The notes under the pieces are model-generated. The model did not search any database, had not been told where the DNA came from, and saw only the letters and a program-made list of their open reading frames with translations. Positions 31,545-41,062 of a DNA stretch of 64,000 nt are shown piece by piece (the first letter of the stretch is position 1; every line of letters starts with the position of its first letter). Made by a program: the position numbers and the translations under genes. This DNA comes from Jatrophihabitans sp. (lineage in GTDB: Bacteria > Actinomycetota > Actinomycetes > Mycobacteriales > Jatrophihabitantaceae), in contig NZ_JBHEMO010000021.1 of NCBI RefSeq assembly GCF_046262535.1, positions 19,132-83,131 of the forward strand, read 5' to 3'.

Positions 31545-32286
31545 GCAGGTCGGCCAGCACCGGCCAGTGGTCGCTCGGTAGCCGTCCGTCCGGGCGCTCG
31601 TGGCTTATCCACGCGTGCGCGACGTCGACACCGCGACCAGCGAGGACATAGTCGATCCGGGTCCGGTTTGTTGCCCCGCTGAACGCGTGCTCGGTGCCCC
31701 CCGCGTCGAGCATGAGGGGGTCGCGGAAGCCGGCCGCGAGGAACGTTTTCACCGGCGCGGACGTCGGCACGGCGTTGAGGTCGCCGAGGACGATCCACGG
31801 AAGGTCGGGCTCGTGCGCCAGCCAATCCACGAGGATGCGTGCGCTTTCCCTGCGCGCGATCGGACCCTTGTCATCAAAATGGGTGTTGGCGACGCCGAGT
31901 ACGGCCGGCCCATGCCGCAGCCGGGCCAGCGTCACGACGCGCGTCAGGTTGGCGTCCCAACCGACGGACCCGGCGATCGACGGTGTCGGTGAGAGCCACC
32001 GGGTCTCACTCGACTCGACCACCCACTCCGGGTTGGTCACCAGGATGCTTGCGTGCTCGCCGCGACCCTTGCCGTCGCGTCCCGCGCCGACGATCGTGGC
32101 GCCCGGGAAAGCGCGTTGCAGGTCGGCGAGCTGATTGCGACGCACCTCCTGCAACCCCACGACGTTGGCGGAGAAGTTCCGGATCGCCGAGATGCAAACC
32201 CCGCGTCGTCGTCTCCACCGGTTGACTCCGTCACGACCCCGCGACGTGCGGATGTTGAAGGACGCCACTCGCAGCGATTGCGTCAA
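31501..32286 (-). CDS. Endonuclease/exonuclease/phosphatase family protein
   Basis: SFNIR, LQEV, NTHFD, GDLNA, RIDYV, PSDHWPV. Confidence 0.9.
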   Translation of the reverse strand: MTQSLRVASFNIRTSRGRDGVNRWRRRRGVCISAIRNFSANVVGLQEVRRNQLADLQRAFPGATIVGAGRDGKGRGEHASILVTNPEWVVESSETRWLSPTPSIAGSVGWDANLTRVVTLARLRHGPAVLGVANTHFDDKGPIARRESARILVDWLAHEPDLPWIVLGDLNAVPTSAPVKTFLAAGFRDPLMLDAGGTEHAFSGATNRTRIDYVLAGRGVDVAHAWISHERPDGRLPSDHWPVLADLLIGPGAARVGRDPD

Positions 32287-32308
32287 CGAAACCTCCGTCC
32301 GCGCCGGT

Positions 32309-33199
32309 TCAGGAGGCCGGGCTGGGGTCGGCGGGCTCCCACTGCCGGTCGAACCAGCGCGCGACCCGGCTGCGTCCGAACTCGATCTTGCCGGCGGCCA
32401 ACTCGACCGACGGCGCGTCGAAGTCTCCTGAGGGCGCCGTGCCGGTGCGGAAGGTGACGTCCACACGTCCGACGCGGTGATCGCCCATCTCGATCCAGCA
32501 CGTTCCGCGTCCGTCGTACTCGGCGTCGGCCGCCGTGCCCGTCAACAAGGCCGTGACCCGGTCGGCTGCGACTGCGGCCTGACCCTCGGCAAACACACCC
32601 GCCTTCGGTGTTCCCACGCTCGTCACGTCGCCGACGGCGAACACGCCGGGGAAGGAGGTTTCCAGCGTGAGGGGATCAACCGGGATCCAGCCGTCGACAG
32701 TGAGTCCGGCGTCGACGACGACCGCCGGAGCCGTGTGCTTCGGCACGCCGAGGAAGAGGTCGTAGGGCATCTCGTCGCCGTCGCCCAGCAGGGCCACCCG
32801 CCGGGTCGCGTCGAGACCTCGAACCAGCTGGTTGGGGTGCCAGTTGATGCCGCGCTCGGCGAACGCGACCAACAGCGCCTCGGATGCCTGTGGCGACGGG
32901 GGGATCGGCACCGGTAGGGGACTGATCAGCGCGATCGAGGACCGGTCGCGCAGCCCTCGGTCGCGCAGGAAGTCGTGCATGAGCAACGCGGTCTCACTCG
33001 GCGCGGGTGGGCACTTGAACGGCGTCGACGTGACGGCGATGACCACGCGCCCACCGGAGAATTGGGCGAGCACATCGCGGAGCGCGAATGCGCCATTCAC
33101 GGTGTAGAACTCATGACCGCCCTCCACGAGACCGGGCGTGGCCCCGGGATCGAGGTCGGCGCCCAGAGCGCCCAGGACGATCACCCGCGGAATGTGCAT
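32309..33199 (-). pseudogene. SQR/flavocytochrome-c-like FAD oxidoreductase with an in-frame N-terminal deletion
   Basis: KCPPAPSE, FAVGD, PKAGVFA present; GxGxxG absent because RVIVLGA joins directly to LGADLD. Confidence 0.6.
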
Positions 33200-33358
33200 G
33201 GCGCGCCTTTCGCCGACCGGCCGGTCCCGGAGCGCCCGACCATACGCGAGGCAGGAATCCATTGTGCATCTCGGCGGCGTGCGTTTTGTCGATCCCGCCG
33301 GGGCCTGCACGTCGGCTTCCCGGAAGGCTGGTAACGAACGCGACGATTGGAGCAACGA

Positions 33359-33715
33359 ATGAAGTACATGATGCTGGTCTGCTGGGACGTCGACGCGATG
33401 AACGGCCAGCCGGACCCCACCCCGGAAGACATGGCGTTCCACGAGGACCAGGTGTCCCCGTGGCTCAAGGACGTGGAGGCGCGCGGCGTCCGGCTCGACG
33501 GCGACATGCTGGCTCCGCCGCGCCGCGCCGCGACGGTGCGGGTTCGCGACGGCAAGGTCTCCGTCACCGAAGGGCCGTTCGCCGAGACCAAGGAAGCGAT
33601 CGGGGGTTACGACATCCTCGAATGCGCTTCGCTCGAGGAAGCGATCGAGATCGCCGCCGCGCACCCGGTAGCGCAGGGCGGCACGATCGAGGTCCGGCCC
33701 TTCTACGGCGGCTGA
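33359..33715 (+). CDS. YciI family (DGPF-type) protein
   Basis: MKYMML..VTEGPFAETKEAIGGY..IEVRP. Confidence 0.92.
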   Translation: MKYMMLVCWDVDAMNGQPDPTPEDMAFHEDQVSPWLKDVEARGVRLDGDMLAPPRRAATVRVRDGKVSVTEGPFAETKEAIGGYDILECASLEEAIEIAAAHPVAQGGTIEVRPFYGG

Positions 33716-34281
33716 TCCGCCAGCCACTCCTCGCGGGTGAGCGCGTATTCGACGTCGCCGTGCTCGTCGCCGGGGATCGAATAGGGCCAGTCCATGAAGA
33801 ACGTGCGGACGAAACGCAGGCCGGCCCGTTCCATCACCCGGCGCGACGCGGTGTGCTCCGCCATCGTCTCGGCGGAGACCCGACGCGCACCGAATTCGGT
33901 GAAGGCCCTCGCGATCAGTGCCCGTGACCCCTCGACGGCGTAGCCCTGCCCCCAGGCTTCGCGAAGCAGTCGATAACCGAGTTCGACGTCGAGCGGCTCG
34001 TCCGGATCGGGCGGGCGCAGGTGGAACCAGCCGACGAACCGGCCCGTTGCCCGTTCCTCGGCCGCCCAGAAACCGAACCCCTCGTAGCGGCGGTAGTAGC
34101 CGAGAAAGGCGGGCAGGTAGTCGTCGACGATCTCCTGCCGCGATGTCGGCCGGCCGCCGGTGACGTAGTGCATGACGGCGGGGTCGCTGTCGAGCTCGGT
34201 CAGCAGATCGACATCGCCGTCGGTGAAGCGGCGCAACCGCAGCCGCTCGGTCTCCAGGAAGACATCGCCGGCACCGGGCAC
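33703..34281 (-). CDS. GNAT (RimJ/RimL-like) acetyltransferase
   Basis: LETERLRLR, ELGYRL..WGQGYA, ASRRVMERAG. Confidence 0.92.
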   Translation of the reverse strand: MPGAGDVFLETERLRLRRFTDGDVDLLTELDSDPAVMHYVTGGRPTSRQEIVDDYLPAFLGYYRRYEGFGFWAAEERATGRFVGWFHLRPPDPDEPLDVELGYRLLREAWGQGYAVEGSRALIARAFTEFGARRVSAETMAEHTASRRVMERAGLRFVRTFFMDWPYSIPGDEHGDVEYALTREEWLADQPP

Positions 34282-34352
34282 CCGGACATGCTAGTGCGGT
34301 GGCGGCGCCGGCGTCCGGTTCGGCTTGTGCGGCCAGTTAGCCTGGGGCCGTT

Positions 34353-35633
34353 GTGAAGTCGCTCATCGATGCCGTCGCGCCGAAGCGCCTCGGCGTGGGA
34401 TTCCGGTGGTTGCTCGCCTCGTCCTGGCTCAGCAACACCGGCGACGGGATCGCCATCGCCGCCGGCCCGCTGCTCGTCGCCTCGCTGACGCACAACGCGG
34501 TGCTCATCGCGGCCGGTGCGCTGTTGCAGTGGCTGCCCGACCTCTTGTTCAGCCTCTGGGCCGGTGCGCTCGCCGACCGGCTCGACCGCCGCCGGATCGT
34601 GGTGGCCGTAGATCTGGCCCGCGCGGCTGTCCTGGTCGTTCTGGCCCTGACGATCGTCACCCACACAGTGTCCGTGGGGCTGGTGCTGACAACGCTGTTC
34701 GTGGTCGGGACCGCCGAGGTGTTCGCCGACACGACCACCAGCACGCTGATGCCGATGCTCGTGCACCGCGACGACCTCGCGGTGGGTAACGCGCGCATCC
34801 AGATCGGCCTCATCACGGTCAACCAGCTGGCGGGGCCGCCGATCGGTGCCGCGCTGTTCACGGCAGGTGCTGCGTGGCCGTTCGCGTCGCAGGCGGCGCT
34901 GGTCGCTTTCGGAGCAATCCTCGTGTCGCGAATCGCGCTGCCCGCCCACGGCCGCGAGAAAGCGCGGAACACCGCGATCGCAACCGACATCGCCGAAGGT
35001 GTCCGCTGGGTGCGCCATCACCCGGCGGTGCGAACTCTGGTGATGACGATCTTCACCTTCAACATCACGTTCGGTGCCGCGTGGTCGGTGCTGGTCATCT
35101 ACGCGACGCGACACCTCGGTCTGGGGCCGGCCGGCTTCGGACTGATCACCACCGTCAGCGCCGCCGGCGGCCTGCTCGGGACGCTGTCGTACGGAAGCAT
35201 CATTAAGCGGGTCAGCCTCGGCAACATCATGCGGGTCGGCCTGATCATCGAGACCCTCACCCACCTCGGACTCGCACTCGCCACGTCCGCCTGGATCGCG
35301 ATGCCCATCTTCTTCGTCTTCGGCGCCCATGCGTTCATCTGGGGGACCACGTCGATCACGGTCCGCCAGCGAGCGGTGCCGACCGAACTGCAGGGCCGAG
35401 TGGGCAGCGTCAACTCCGTCGGCGTCTTCGGCGGCCTGGTGATCGGCGCGGGCATCGGCGGCCTGTTGGCGCAGGACATCGGCATTACCGCGCCGTTCTG
35501 GTTCGCGTTTGCCGGATCGGCGCTGTTCGTCGTGCTGATCTGGCGGCAACTCACCCACATCGCGCACACCGACGCCGCTCCCGCGCCCGGAGTCCGCTCA
35601 GTCCCGGCCCATCCGGATTTAGGACCGAGTTGA
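34353..35633 (+). CDS. MFS transporter
   Basis: About 12 TM; GALADRLDRRR motif A; PTELQGRV. Confidence 0.92.
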   Translation: MKSLIDAVAPKRLGVGFRWLLASSWLSNTGDGIAIAAGPLLVASLTHNAVLIAAGALLQWLPDLLFSLWAGALADRLDRRRIVVAVDLARAAVLVVLALTIVTHTVSVGLVLTTLFVVGTAEVFADTTTSTLMPMLVHRDDLAVGNARIQIGLITVNQLAGPPIGAALFTAGAAWPFASQAALVAFGAILVSRIALPAHGREKARNTAIATDIAEGVRWVRHHPAVRTLVMTIFTFNITFGAAWSVLVIYATRHLGLGPAGFGLITTVSAAGGLLGTLSYGSIIKRVSLGNIMRVGLIIETLTHLGLALATSAWIAMPIFFVFGAHAFIWGTTSITVRQRAVPTELQGRVGSVNSVGVFGGLVIGAGIGGLLAQDIGITAPFWFAFAGSALFVVLIWRQLTHIAHTDAAPAPGVRSVPAHPDLGPS

Positions 35634-35730
35634 CGCTCTGATGGGGTTGCCCTGAGCGACTTCGACCGACTGTGGATGCACGTCCCGAACGGGACGTCGC
35701 GGGCTACCGCGGACGGACGAAGGAGTTCAG

Positions 35731-36204
35731 ATGACCGACGAGATGCTGCAGCCAAAACCGAGGCGCCGCACCGGACTCAAGGTCGCGCTGCTTGGCGCCG
35801 GCTTGGCCGCCGGTGCCATCGGGGCGACCGCCCTCGGCGCGAGCGCGCAGACCAGCGGAACCGCGACGACGACGCAGACGACGCAGACCACGGCGCCGAC
35901 TGCGCCGACCGCGCCGACAGGGGCCTCCGGCCCTCCGGCTGGTGCGCACGGAACCGGAGCCGGGCGCAGCGACGAGAAGGTGGTGACCGGCGCGCTGGCC
36001 ACCCAGCTCAAGGCAGCGGCGCTGAAGGCCGTGCCCGGCGGCACGGTCGACCGGGTTGAAACGGACGCCGGCGATGGTGCCTACGAGGCGCACATGACCA
36101 AATCCGACGGCACCGAGGTGACCGTGAAGTTCGACAAGAACGACAAGCTCATCGGCGTCGAGGCCGGGATGGGCAAGGGCGATCCGGGCGGCCCTCGCAG
36201 GTGA
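35731..36204 (+). CDS. Secreted protein with a PepSY-like C-terminal domain
   Basis: Arg-rich/hydrophobic signal ending GASA, T/A/P linker, AALKAVPGGTVDRVETD..YEAH; AAGGAG RBS. Confidence 0.7.
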   Translation: MTDEMLQPKPRRRTGLKVALLGAGLAAGAIGATALGASAQTSGTATTTQTTQTTAPTAPTAPTGASGPPAGAHGTGAGRSDEKVVTGALATQLKAAALKAVPGGTVDRVETDAGDGAYEAHMTKSDGTEVTVKFDKNDKLIGVEAGMGKGDPGGPRR

Positions 36205-36225
36205 TGTCGGGCTGACGCCCGGTCA

Positions 36226-37047
36226 TCAGGTGGCCTGCTCGCGGGCGCACCACCAGCTCGTCCGCCCGCCGACGGTGCTCCGTGCCATCGGGGCACCGTC
36301 GCGCGGGCACAGCGCTCCGGTCTTGCGGAACGGGATCAGCCCGAGGGTGTGGACGCCACCGTTGCGCAACGCGGCATCGAGGGCCCGCCTGGTCCCGCGG
36401 AGCAAGCGGTCCAGGTCGGGCCGGTCGAGCTCATCGGCCCGCCGGCCGGGGTTGATCCGGGCCAGCCACAGGATCTCGTCGGCCAGCAGGTTGCCGATGC
36501 CGGCGATCACCTGCTGGTCGAGCAGCTTGGCCTTGACCGGTGCAGTGCCCGAGGCCAGGCGCGCGCGGAACTCACCCGGGCGTATCGCGGCGGCGTCCGG
36601 CCCGAGCCCCTCGACCGGCGGGTCGAGCCGCACACGGCCGAGCCGCCGCGGATCGACCAGCAGCAGCCGGCCGCCGTCGGCGAAGGTCAGCGCGAAGCGG
36701 GACCAGCGGAAGTCGCCGGGCAGCCGCCGTCCCTCCCAGTAGTCGCCTCCGTCGATCTCGGCGCCGTCCGGATCAGCGATGACGATCTTGCCGGACATGC
36801 CGAGGTGCAACCCCAGCGCCGGGCCCGGAGCGCGTCCCCGGCCCGCCAGCGACGTGTCGCACCACATGCTCTTGCCGCGCCGGTGCGCCGCCGTCAAGCG
36901 GCGGCCGAGCAGGGCCGCGCGGATCTGGCCGGGTGCGTGTGGCCGACAGACGTAGGTGTCGGAGTCGTCGACGGCCACGATTCTCCGCTCGAGGCCGGCG
37001 CGTTCGATCACGCCGCGGGCCGACTCCACCTCGGGAAGCTCAGGCAT
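36226..37047 (-). CDS. Fpg/Nei family DNA glycosylase
   Basis: MPELPEV, LHLGMSG, DPRRLG, LLDQ..AGIGN; degenerate zinc finger. Confidence 0.92.
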   Translation of the reverse strand: MPELPEVESARGVIERAGLERRIVAVDDSDTYVCRPHAPGQIRAALLGRRLTAAHRRGKSMWCDTSLAGRGRAPGPALGLHLGMSGKIVIADPDGAEIDGGDYWEGRRLPGDFRWSRFALTFADGGRLLLVDPRRLGRVRLDPPVEGLGPDAAAIRPGEFRARLASGTAPVKAKLLDQQVIAGIGNLLADEILWLARINPGRRADELDRPDLDRLLRGTRRALDAALRNGGVHTLGLIPFRKTGALCPRDGAPMARSTVGGRTSWWCAREQAT

Positions 37048-38008
37048 CGCCACCGTCGGTGTTCTGCCGGCGGGCGCGGGCGCGCCGCTTGCCCTCGTGC
37101 ATCGCCTGCACCCGGGCGACCGGAATCGCCCGGCCTTCGTCGACCAGCGCTGCGGGCAGTAGCTGTGGGGCCGGCATCAGATCGGCCCACGCGCCGCCGG
37201 CCGACAGCATCGACGGTGCGGTTCGGACGGTGAAATCGAGCGGGACGACGTTGTCGAGTTCGTCCCAGGGCACCGGGAACGACACCGGCGCGCCGGGCCG
37301 CAGCCGCGGACTGTAGGCCGCCACGACGGTGGCGCCCCCGGCGCGGGTGGAGTCGAGGAACACCTTGCCGTCGCGATCGCCGCGCACGAACGCGGTGGTG
37401 GCCAGAGCGGGATCGAGCCGCTCGGCCCGTGCGGCGAGCGCCCGGGTTGCCGCCGCGGCCTCCTCGGCCGTCGCCGACAGGAGCGGCACGAAGACGTGCA
37501 CCCCCTTGGCCCCGCTGGTCTTCACCGCCCCGCCGAGCCCGGCGTCGGCCAGGACCTGCCGGACCAGGTGGGCGGTGCGCACGGCCAGGCGGAAGGCGTC
37601 ACCCTCGGGCGGATCGAGGTCCAGGACCAGGTGGGTGGGCGAGCTGCGGTCCGCGAGCCGGAACAGGGTCGGGTGGTACTCGACAGCGCGCTGGTTGGCG
37701 AACCAGAGCAGGGTGCGGGAGTCGTTGCACACCGCGTAGGCGATGTCGCGCTTGGACGACTCGGCCCAGATCGTCACCGTGGTCACCCACTCGGGCGCGT
37801 ACTTCGGCACGTTCTTCTGCATGAACGGCGCCTGGCCGCGCAGCACCCGGATCACCGACAGGGGCCGGTCCGCCAGCTCGGGCAGGATCCAGTCGCTTGC
37901 CGCGTCGAGATAGTCGACGAGCTCGCGCTTCGTCACGCCGGCGCCGTCGAAGAGCTGTTGATCGAGGTTGGTGAGCGCAACCGTGTCGCGAATCTCGTCC
38001 GGGCTCAC
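37040..38008 (-). CDS. Standalone LigD-type primase-polymerase (Prim-Pol)
   Basis: LTNLD, HLVLDLDPP, KTSGAKGVHVF, VFLD..T, YSPR..VSFP; overlaps the Fpg/Nei start. Confidence 0.88.
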   Translation of the reverse strand: MSPDEIRDTVALTNLDQQLFDGAGVTKRELVDYLDAASDWILPELADRPLSVIRVLRGQAPFMQKNVPKYAPEWVTTVTIWAESSKRDIAYAVCNDSRTLLWFANQRAVEYHPTLFRLADRSSPTHLVLDLDPPEGDAFRLAVRTAHLVRQVLADAGLGGAVKTSGAKGVHVFVPLLSATAEEAAAATRALAARAERLDPALATTAFVRGDRDGKVFLDSTRAGGATVVAAYSPRLRPGAPVSFPVPWDELDNVVPLDFTVRTAPSMLSAGGAWADLMPAPQLLPAALVDEGRAIPVARVQAMHEGKRRARARRQNTDGGDA

Positions 38009-38043
38009 CGGTCCATCGTGCACCCTGCGCGAAAGGACGGCGG

Positions 38044-38877
38044 TCAGCTCAGCGGGGCGTCGAGGTGCGGGCGGGGCACGCCCGAGCCAGGGCCGTCGAA
38101 ATGCCACCACTCCCCGGCGTACACGACGATGCCGCCGGCATTCATCGCGTGGCGCAGCACGGCCCGGTTCCGCTGGGCCGTGCTGCTCACCCCGTCGGTC
38201 GCGAACGCGTGCGCCCGCGCCGTGAAGTCGTCGAAGTTCGTGCCCATGCTGAGCAGGCAGCGGCCACCGACCCGACGGGCCGACGCGCACGGCGTGGCCG
38301 GCGACGCGTAGGCCAGCGTCACGTCGACCGATCGACCGCTTTCGTGGCTCGTCGCGTAGGGGCCGGGCCGGGCGACCCAATCGGGGTTGGGCACGATCTT
38401 GAACATGTGCACCTGGACGGAGTGGGGCCGGTAACAGTCCCAGAAGACCAGGCGGAAGCCCTCGCGCCTGAGCCGGGCCGCGGCGGTGATCAGCCCGGCG
38501 GCCATCGACCGGTGCACCAGACAACGCGCGTCGGCCGGATAGAGGCGCACGCCGACGAAGTTGTCGCTGGTCTTGTAGCGCAGGTCGACCAGTGCATCCG
38601 GGATGATGGTGCGAATGTCGAGAAGTCCCGCCGCTCGTGCCTTGGCCGAAAGGGGCGCCATTCCGGGGGCCGCGCTCCTCGCCGCCGACCTCGGTGTCGC
38701 TGCAGCCGCACTGGTCGGGGACGGCGAGACGCTCGGGGTCAGCGGCGTCGGCGGGGGAGCGGAGACCGATGTCGGAGGTCCTGGCCGCGGTGACGAGGCC
38801 GGCCGGGGGGCGGCCGGGCTCTGGCTGCATCCGGCCAGCAGAACGAGGGCGCACAGCCAGATGGGAGTCCTCGGCAC
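38044..38877 (-). CDS. D-Ala-D-Ala dipeptidase (M15D), lipoprotein
   Basis: LAGC lipobox; DCYRP, SHESGRSVD, EWWHF. Confidence 0.88.
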   Translation of the reverse strand: MPRTPIWLCALVLLAGCSQSPAAPRPASSPRPGPPTSVSAPPPTPLTPSVSPSPTSAAAATPRSAARSAAPGMAPLSAKARAAGLLDIRTIIPDALVDLRYKTSDNFVGVRLYPADARCLVHRSMAAGLITAAARLRREGFRLVFWDCYRPHSVQVHMFKIVPNPDWVARPGPYATSHESGRSVDVTLAYASPATPCASARRVGGRCLLSMGTNFDDFTARAHAFATDGVSSTAQRNRAVLRHAMNAGGIVVYAGEWWHFDGPGSGVPRPHLDAPLS

Positions 38878-38972
38878 CGTTTCATCTTGCCGGGCGCCCC
38901 GCGGCCGGTTTCGCGCGGCCGGGACGCTCGTGGTACTCAAGAGAACAGGTTCCAGACGGGAGGGACGACCGG

Positions 38973-39653
38973 GTGCCAACTGCTGAGCGGGTGCAGGCCG
39001 ATCCCGTCCGGCGCGCTGCGGCGGTCATCGCGGCCGTGGTGGTCGTCATCCTGGGCCTCGCGACCTGGGTCTGCATCGCCGCGGTTCACGCCATCAACCG
39101 GCAGGCCGATGCGGCGCCGGTCGAGATGGTCCACGCGGTGCCGGCGACCTACCGCCCGCAGGCCCCGGCCGCGGCTCCGGCCGCCACCACCGTGCCCCTG
39201 CCGATGGGCAACTGGAACGCCCAGCGCGGTGTGCAGATCGCCGAGCGTGCGCTGCGCTTGCGCGGCTGGCCGTACAGCTTCGGCGGCGGCGGCCCGTACG
39301 GCCCGTCCTACGGTCATGCCGTGGACCAGGACTCGCGCAACGACGGATCGGTCTTCGGCTTCGACTGCTCCGGGCTCACGATGTTCGCGCTGGCGCCGTG
39401 GCGCTCGCTCGTCCACGACGCCGCGACCCAGTACAACGAGGTCGGCTCGTTCCACCCCTCGATCGATTCTTTGCAGCCCGGTGACCTCGTCTTCTGGAGC
39501 AAGGACGGCACGGTGAACGGCATCGGCCACGTTGCCGTCTACATCGGCAACGGTGAGGTCGTGCAGGCCCCGCAGAGTGGCGACGTGGTCCGGGTGACAC
39601 CGATTTACCAGGTCGAGCCGGGCACGATGGGAGCCACCCGACCGCTCACCTGA
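38973..39653 (+). CDS. NlpC/P60 peptidoglycan endopeptidase (RipA/RipB-like)
   Basis: N-terminal TM; PYSFGGG, FDCSGL, PGDLVF, GHVAVY. Confidence 0.9.
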   Translation: MPTAERVQADPVRRAAAVIAAVVVVILGLATWVCIAAVHAINRQADAAPVEMVHAVPATYRPQAPAAAPAATTVPLPMGNWNAQRGVQIAERALRLRGWPYSFGGGGPYGPSYGHAVDQDSRNDGSVFGFDCSGLTMFALAPWRSLVHDAATQYNEVGSFHPSIDSLQPGDLVFWSKDGTVNGIGHVAVYIGNGEVVQAPQSGDVVRVTPIYQVEPGTMGATRPLT

Positions 39654-39722
39654 CATCAATTCGGCCGATCGGTGCAGCAGATCAGGCGCTTCGCGCGTTG
39701 AAGAGGCGGTCCGGCCGAGAGG

Positions 39723-40229
39723 ATGTCTGTGGAGTTCTCCGAATATGTGCAGCGCGAGCGCCCGGCGCTGCTGCGGTTCGCAACCGTCCTCGCCGGTCAG
39801 ACGTGGCTGGCCGAGGATCTGGTCAGCAACGTCCTGGGCCGGGCCTTCGAACGGTGGACGCAGATCGCGGGTCTGGCCAATCCGCACGCATACGTGCGGC
39901 GCATGATCGTCAACGAACACCTGTCGTGGCGTCGACGTCTCCGGCGCAGCGCCTCGTTCCGGGACATGGACGCCCACATCGAAGCGGTTCCCGACACGAC
40001 CGGCCCGCACGCCGAGCGGGACGCCATGCTCGTCCGACTCGCCAAGCTGCCCTCCCGCCAGCGGGCCCCGGTCGTCCTGCGCTACTACGTCGGGCTCTCC
40101 GATATGGAGATCGCCGCTGAGCTCGGCTGCCGGCCGGGCACCGTCCGCAGCCAGATCTCGCGCGCCCTCACGTCCCTCCGAATCGACGCCAGCGGCTCTC
40201 GCGCCGCCGAACCTCTGGAGCTCCGATGA
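39723..40229 (+). CDS. ECF sigma factor (SigE family)
   Basis: AEDLV, YVRRMIVN, RQRAPVVLRYY..GTVRSQISRAL. Confidence 0.9.
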   Translation: MSVEFSEYVQRERPALLRFATVLAGQTWLAEDLVSNVLGRAFERWTQIAGLANPHAYVRRMIVNEHLSWRRRLRRSASFRDMDAHIEAVPDTTGPHAERDAMLVRLAKLPSRQRAPVVLRYYVGLSDMEIAAELGCRPGTVRSQISRALTSLRIDASGSRAAEPLELR

Positions 40230-41062
40230 CCGATCTCAGTATCTTGCGCGACGCGTTCGACGCCCTTGAGGAGCGCGCGGATGCAGCCTGTGCCGCCGCA
40301 CCGGCAATCATGGACTTCCAGCCGGCCCGTCGGCCCACGTGGGCGCTCGCTCCGGTCGGAGCCGCGGTGGCGGTCGTGGCGACGGCGGCCGTCGTCGTCG
40401 TGTGGCAGCAGTCGGGATCGAACCGGCCGACGGGCACGCCCGCGGGCGCGTCGACTGCGGCGGTGCCGCCGCTCTCAAGCGCGGCGTCGACGCCCGCCGC
40501 GACGCCGACCGCGACCGAGCAGTTCCCACCCTCGACCGGCGCGGCCCTCACCGAGAAGGTCCGCGAGATCCTCGCCGGCACGGCGACGATCGCCGTCACC
40601 GAGACCGACGTGCCCGGCGGGGTGACGCTGAGCGTGCCCTCGGGCCCGCCGCCGTCGGACGCCAGCCCGGCGATCGTCGTGGGATCCCCGGTCAAGTTGC
40701 CCTCGGGGGGCGGGTCGGGCCCGTCCATAGTCGGCACACTGACGGCTGGTGGCCGGACCGGGGGATTCCAGGTCGTTGCCTATCAGGCCGACCCCGGGTC
40801 GAAGGCGATGTGCGACGGCGGAACCGACTGCTCCGTTCGCGCGCTCGCGGACGGCACGTCGTTGGCCGTCGGCAGTTGGCACGACGACCAGGTGTCCGGT
40901 GGAGTGACGTATCAGGTGGAAGCGGTGCGCCCGGACGGACGGGAGGTCCTGTTGCACCTGAGCACCGAGCGGGACCCGAAAGGCCACAGCACCCGCATCG
41001 CGTCGGCCTTGCCGCTCACCGTGGCCCAGATGACCGCTCTGGTCACGTCCGACCGCTGGTAG
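40226..41062 (+). CDS. Membrane-anchored protein, probable anti-sigma partner
   Basis: ATGA overlap with the sigma gene; single TM; P/T/A-rich linker. Confidence 0.6.
   Translation: MTDLSILRDAFDALEERADAACAAAPAIMDFQPARRPTWALAPVGAAVAVVATAAVVVVWQQSGSNRPTGTPAGASTAAVPPLSSAASTPAATPTATEQFPPSTGAALTEKVREILAGTATIAVTETDVPGGVTLSVPSGPPPSDASPAIVVGSPVKLPSGGGSGPSIVGTLTAGGRTGGFQVVAYQADPGSKAMCDGGTDCSVRALADGTSLAVGSWHDDQVSGGVTYQVEAVRPDGREVLLHLSTERDPKGHSTRIASALPLTVAQMTALVTSDRW

Noticed and set aside
35860-35925. Repetitive ACG/GCG/CCG tract, possible tandem array
   Set aside because: Encodes the Thr/Ala/Pro linker of the secreted protein; not a CRISPR or DNA repeat element
38009-38854. Apparent 280-aa N-terminal extension of the Prim-Pol ORF
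   Set aside because: An alternative frame over the D,D-dipeptidase gene; Prim-Pol homology begins at the GTG at 38008
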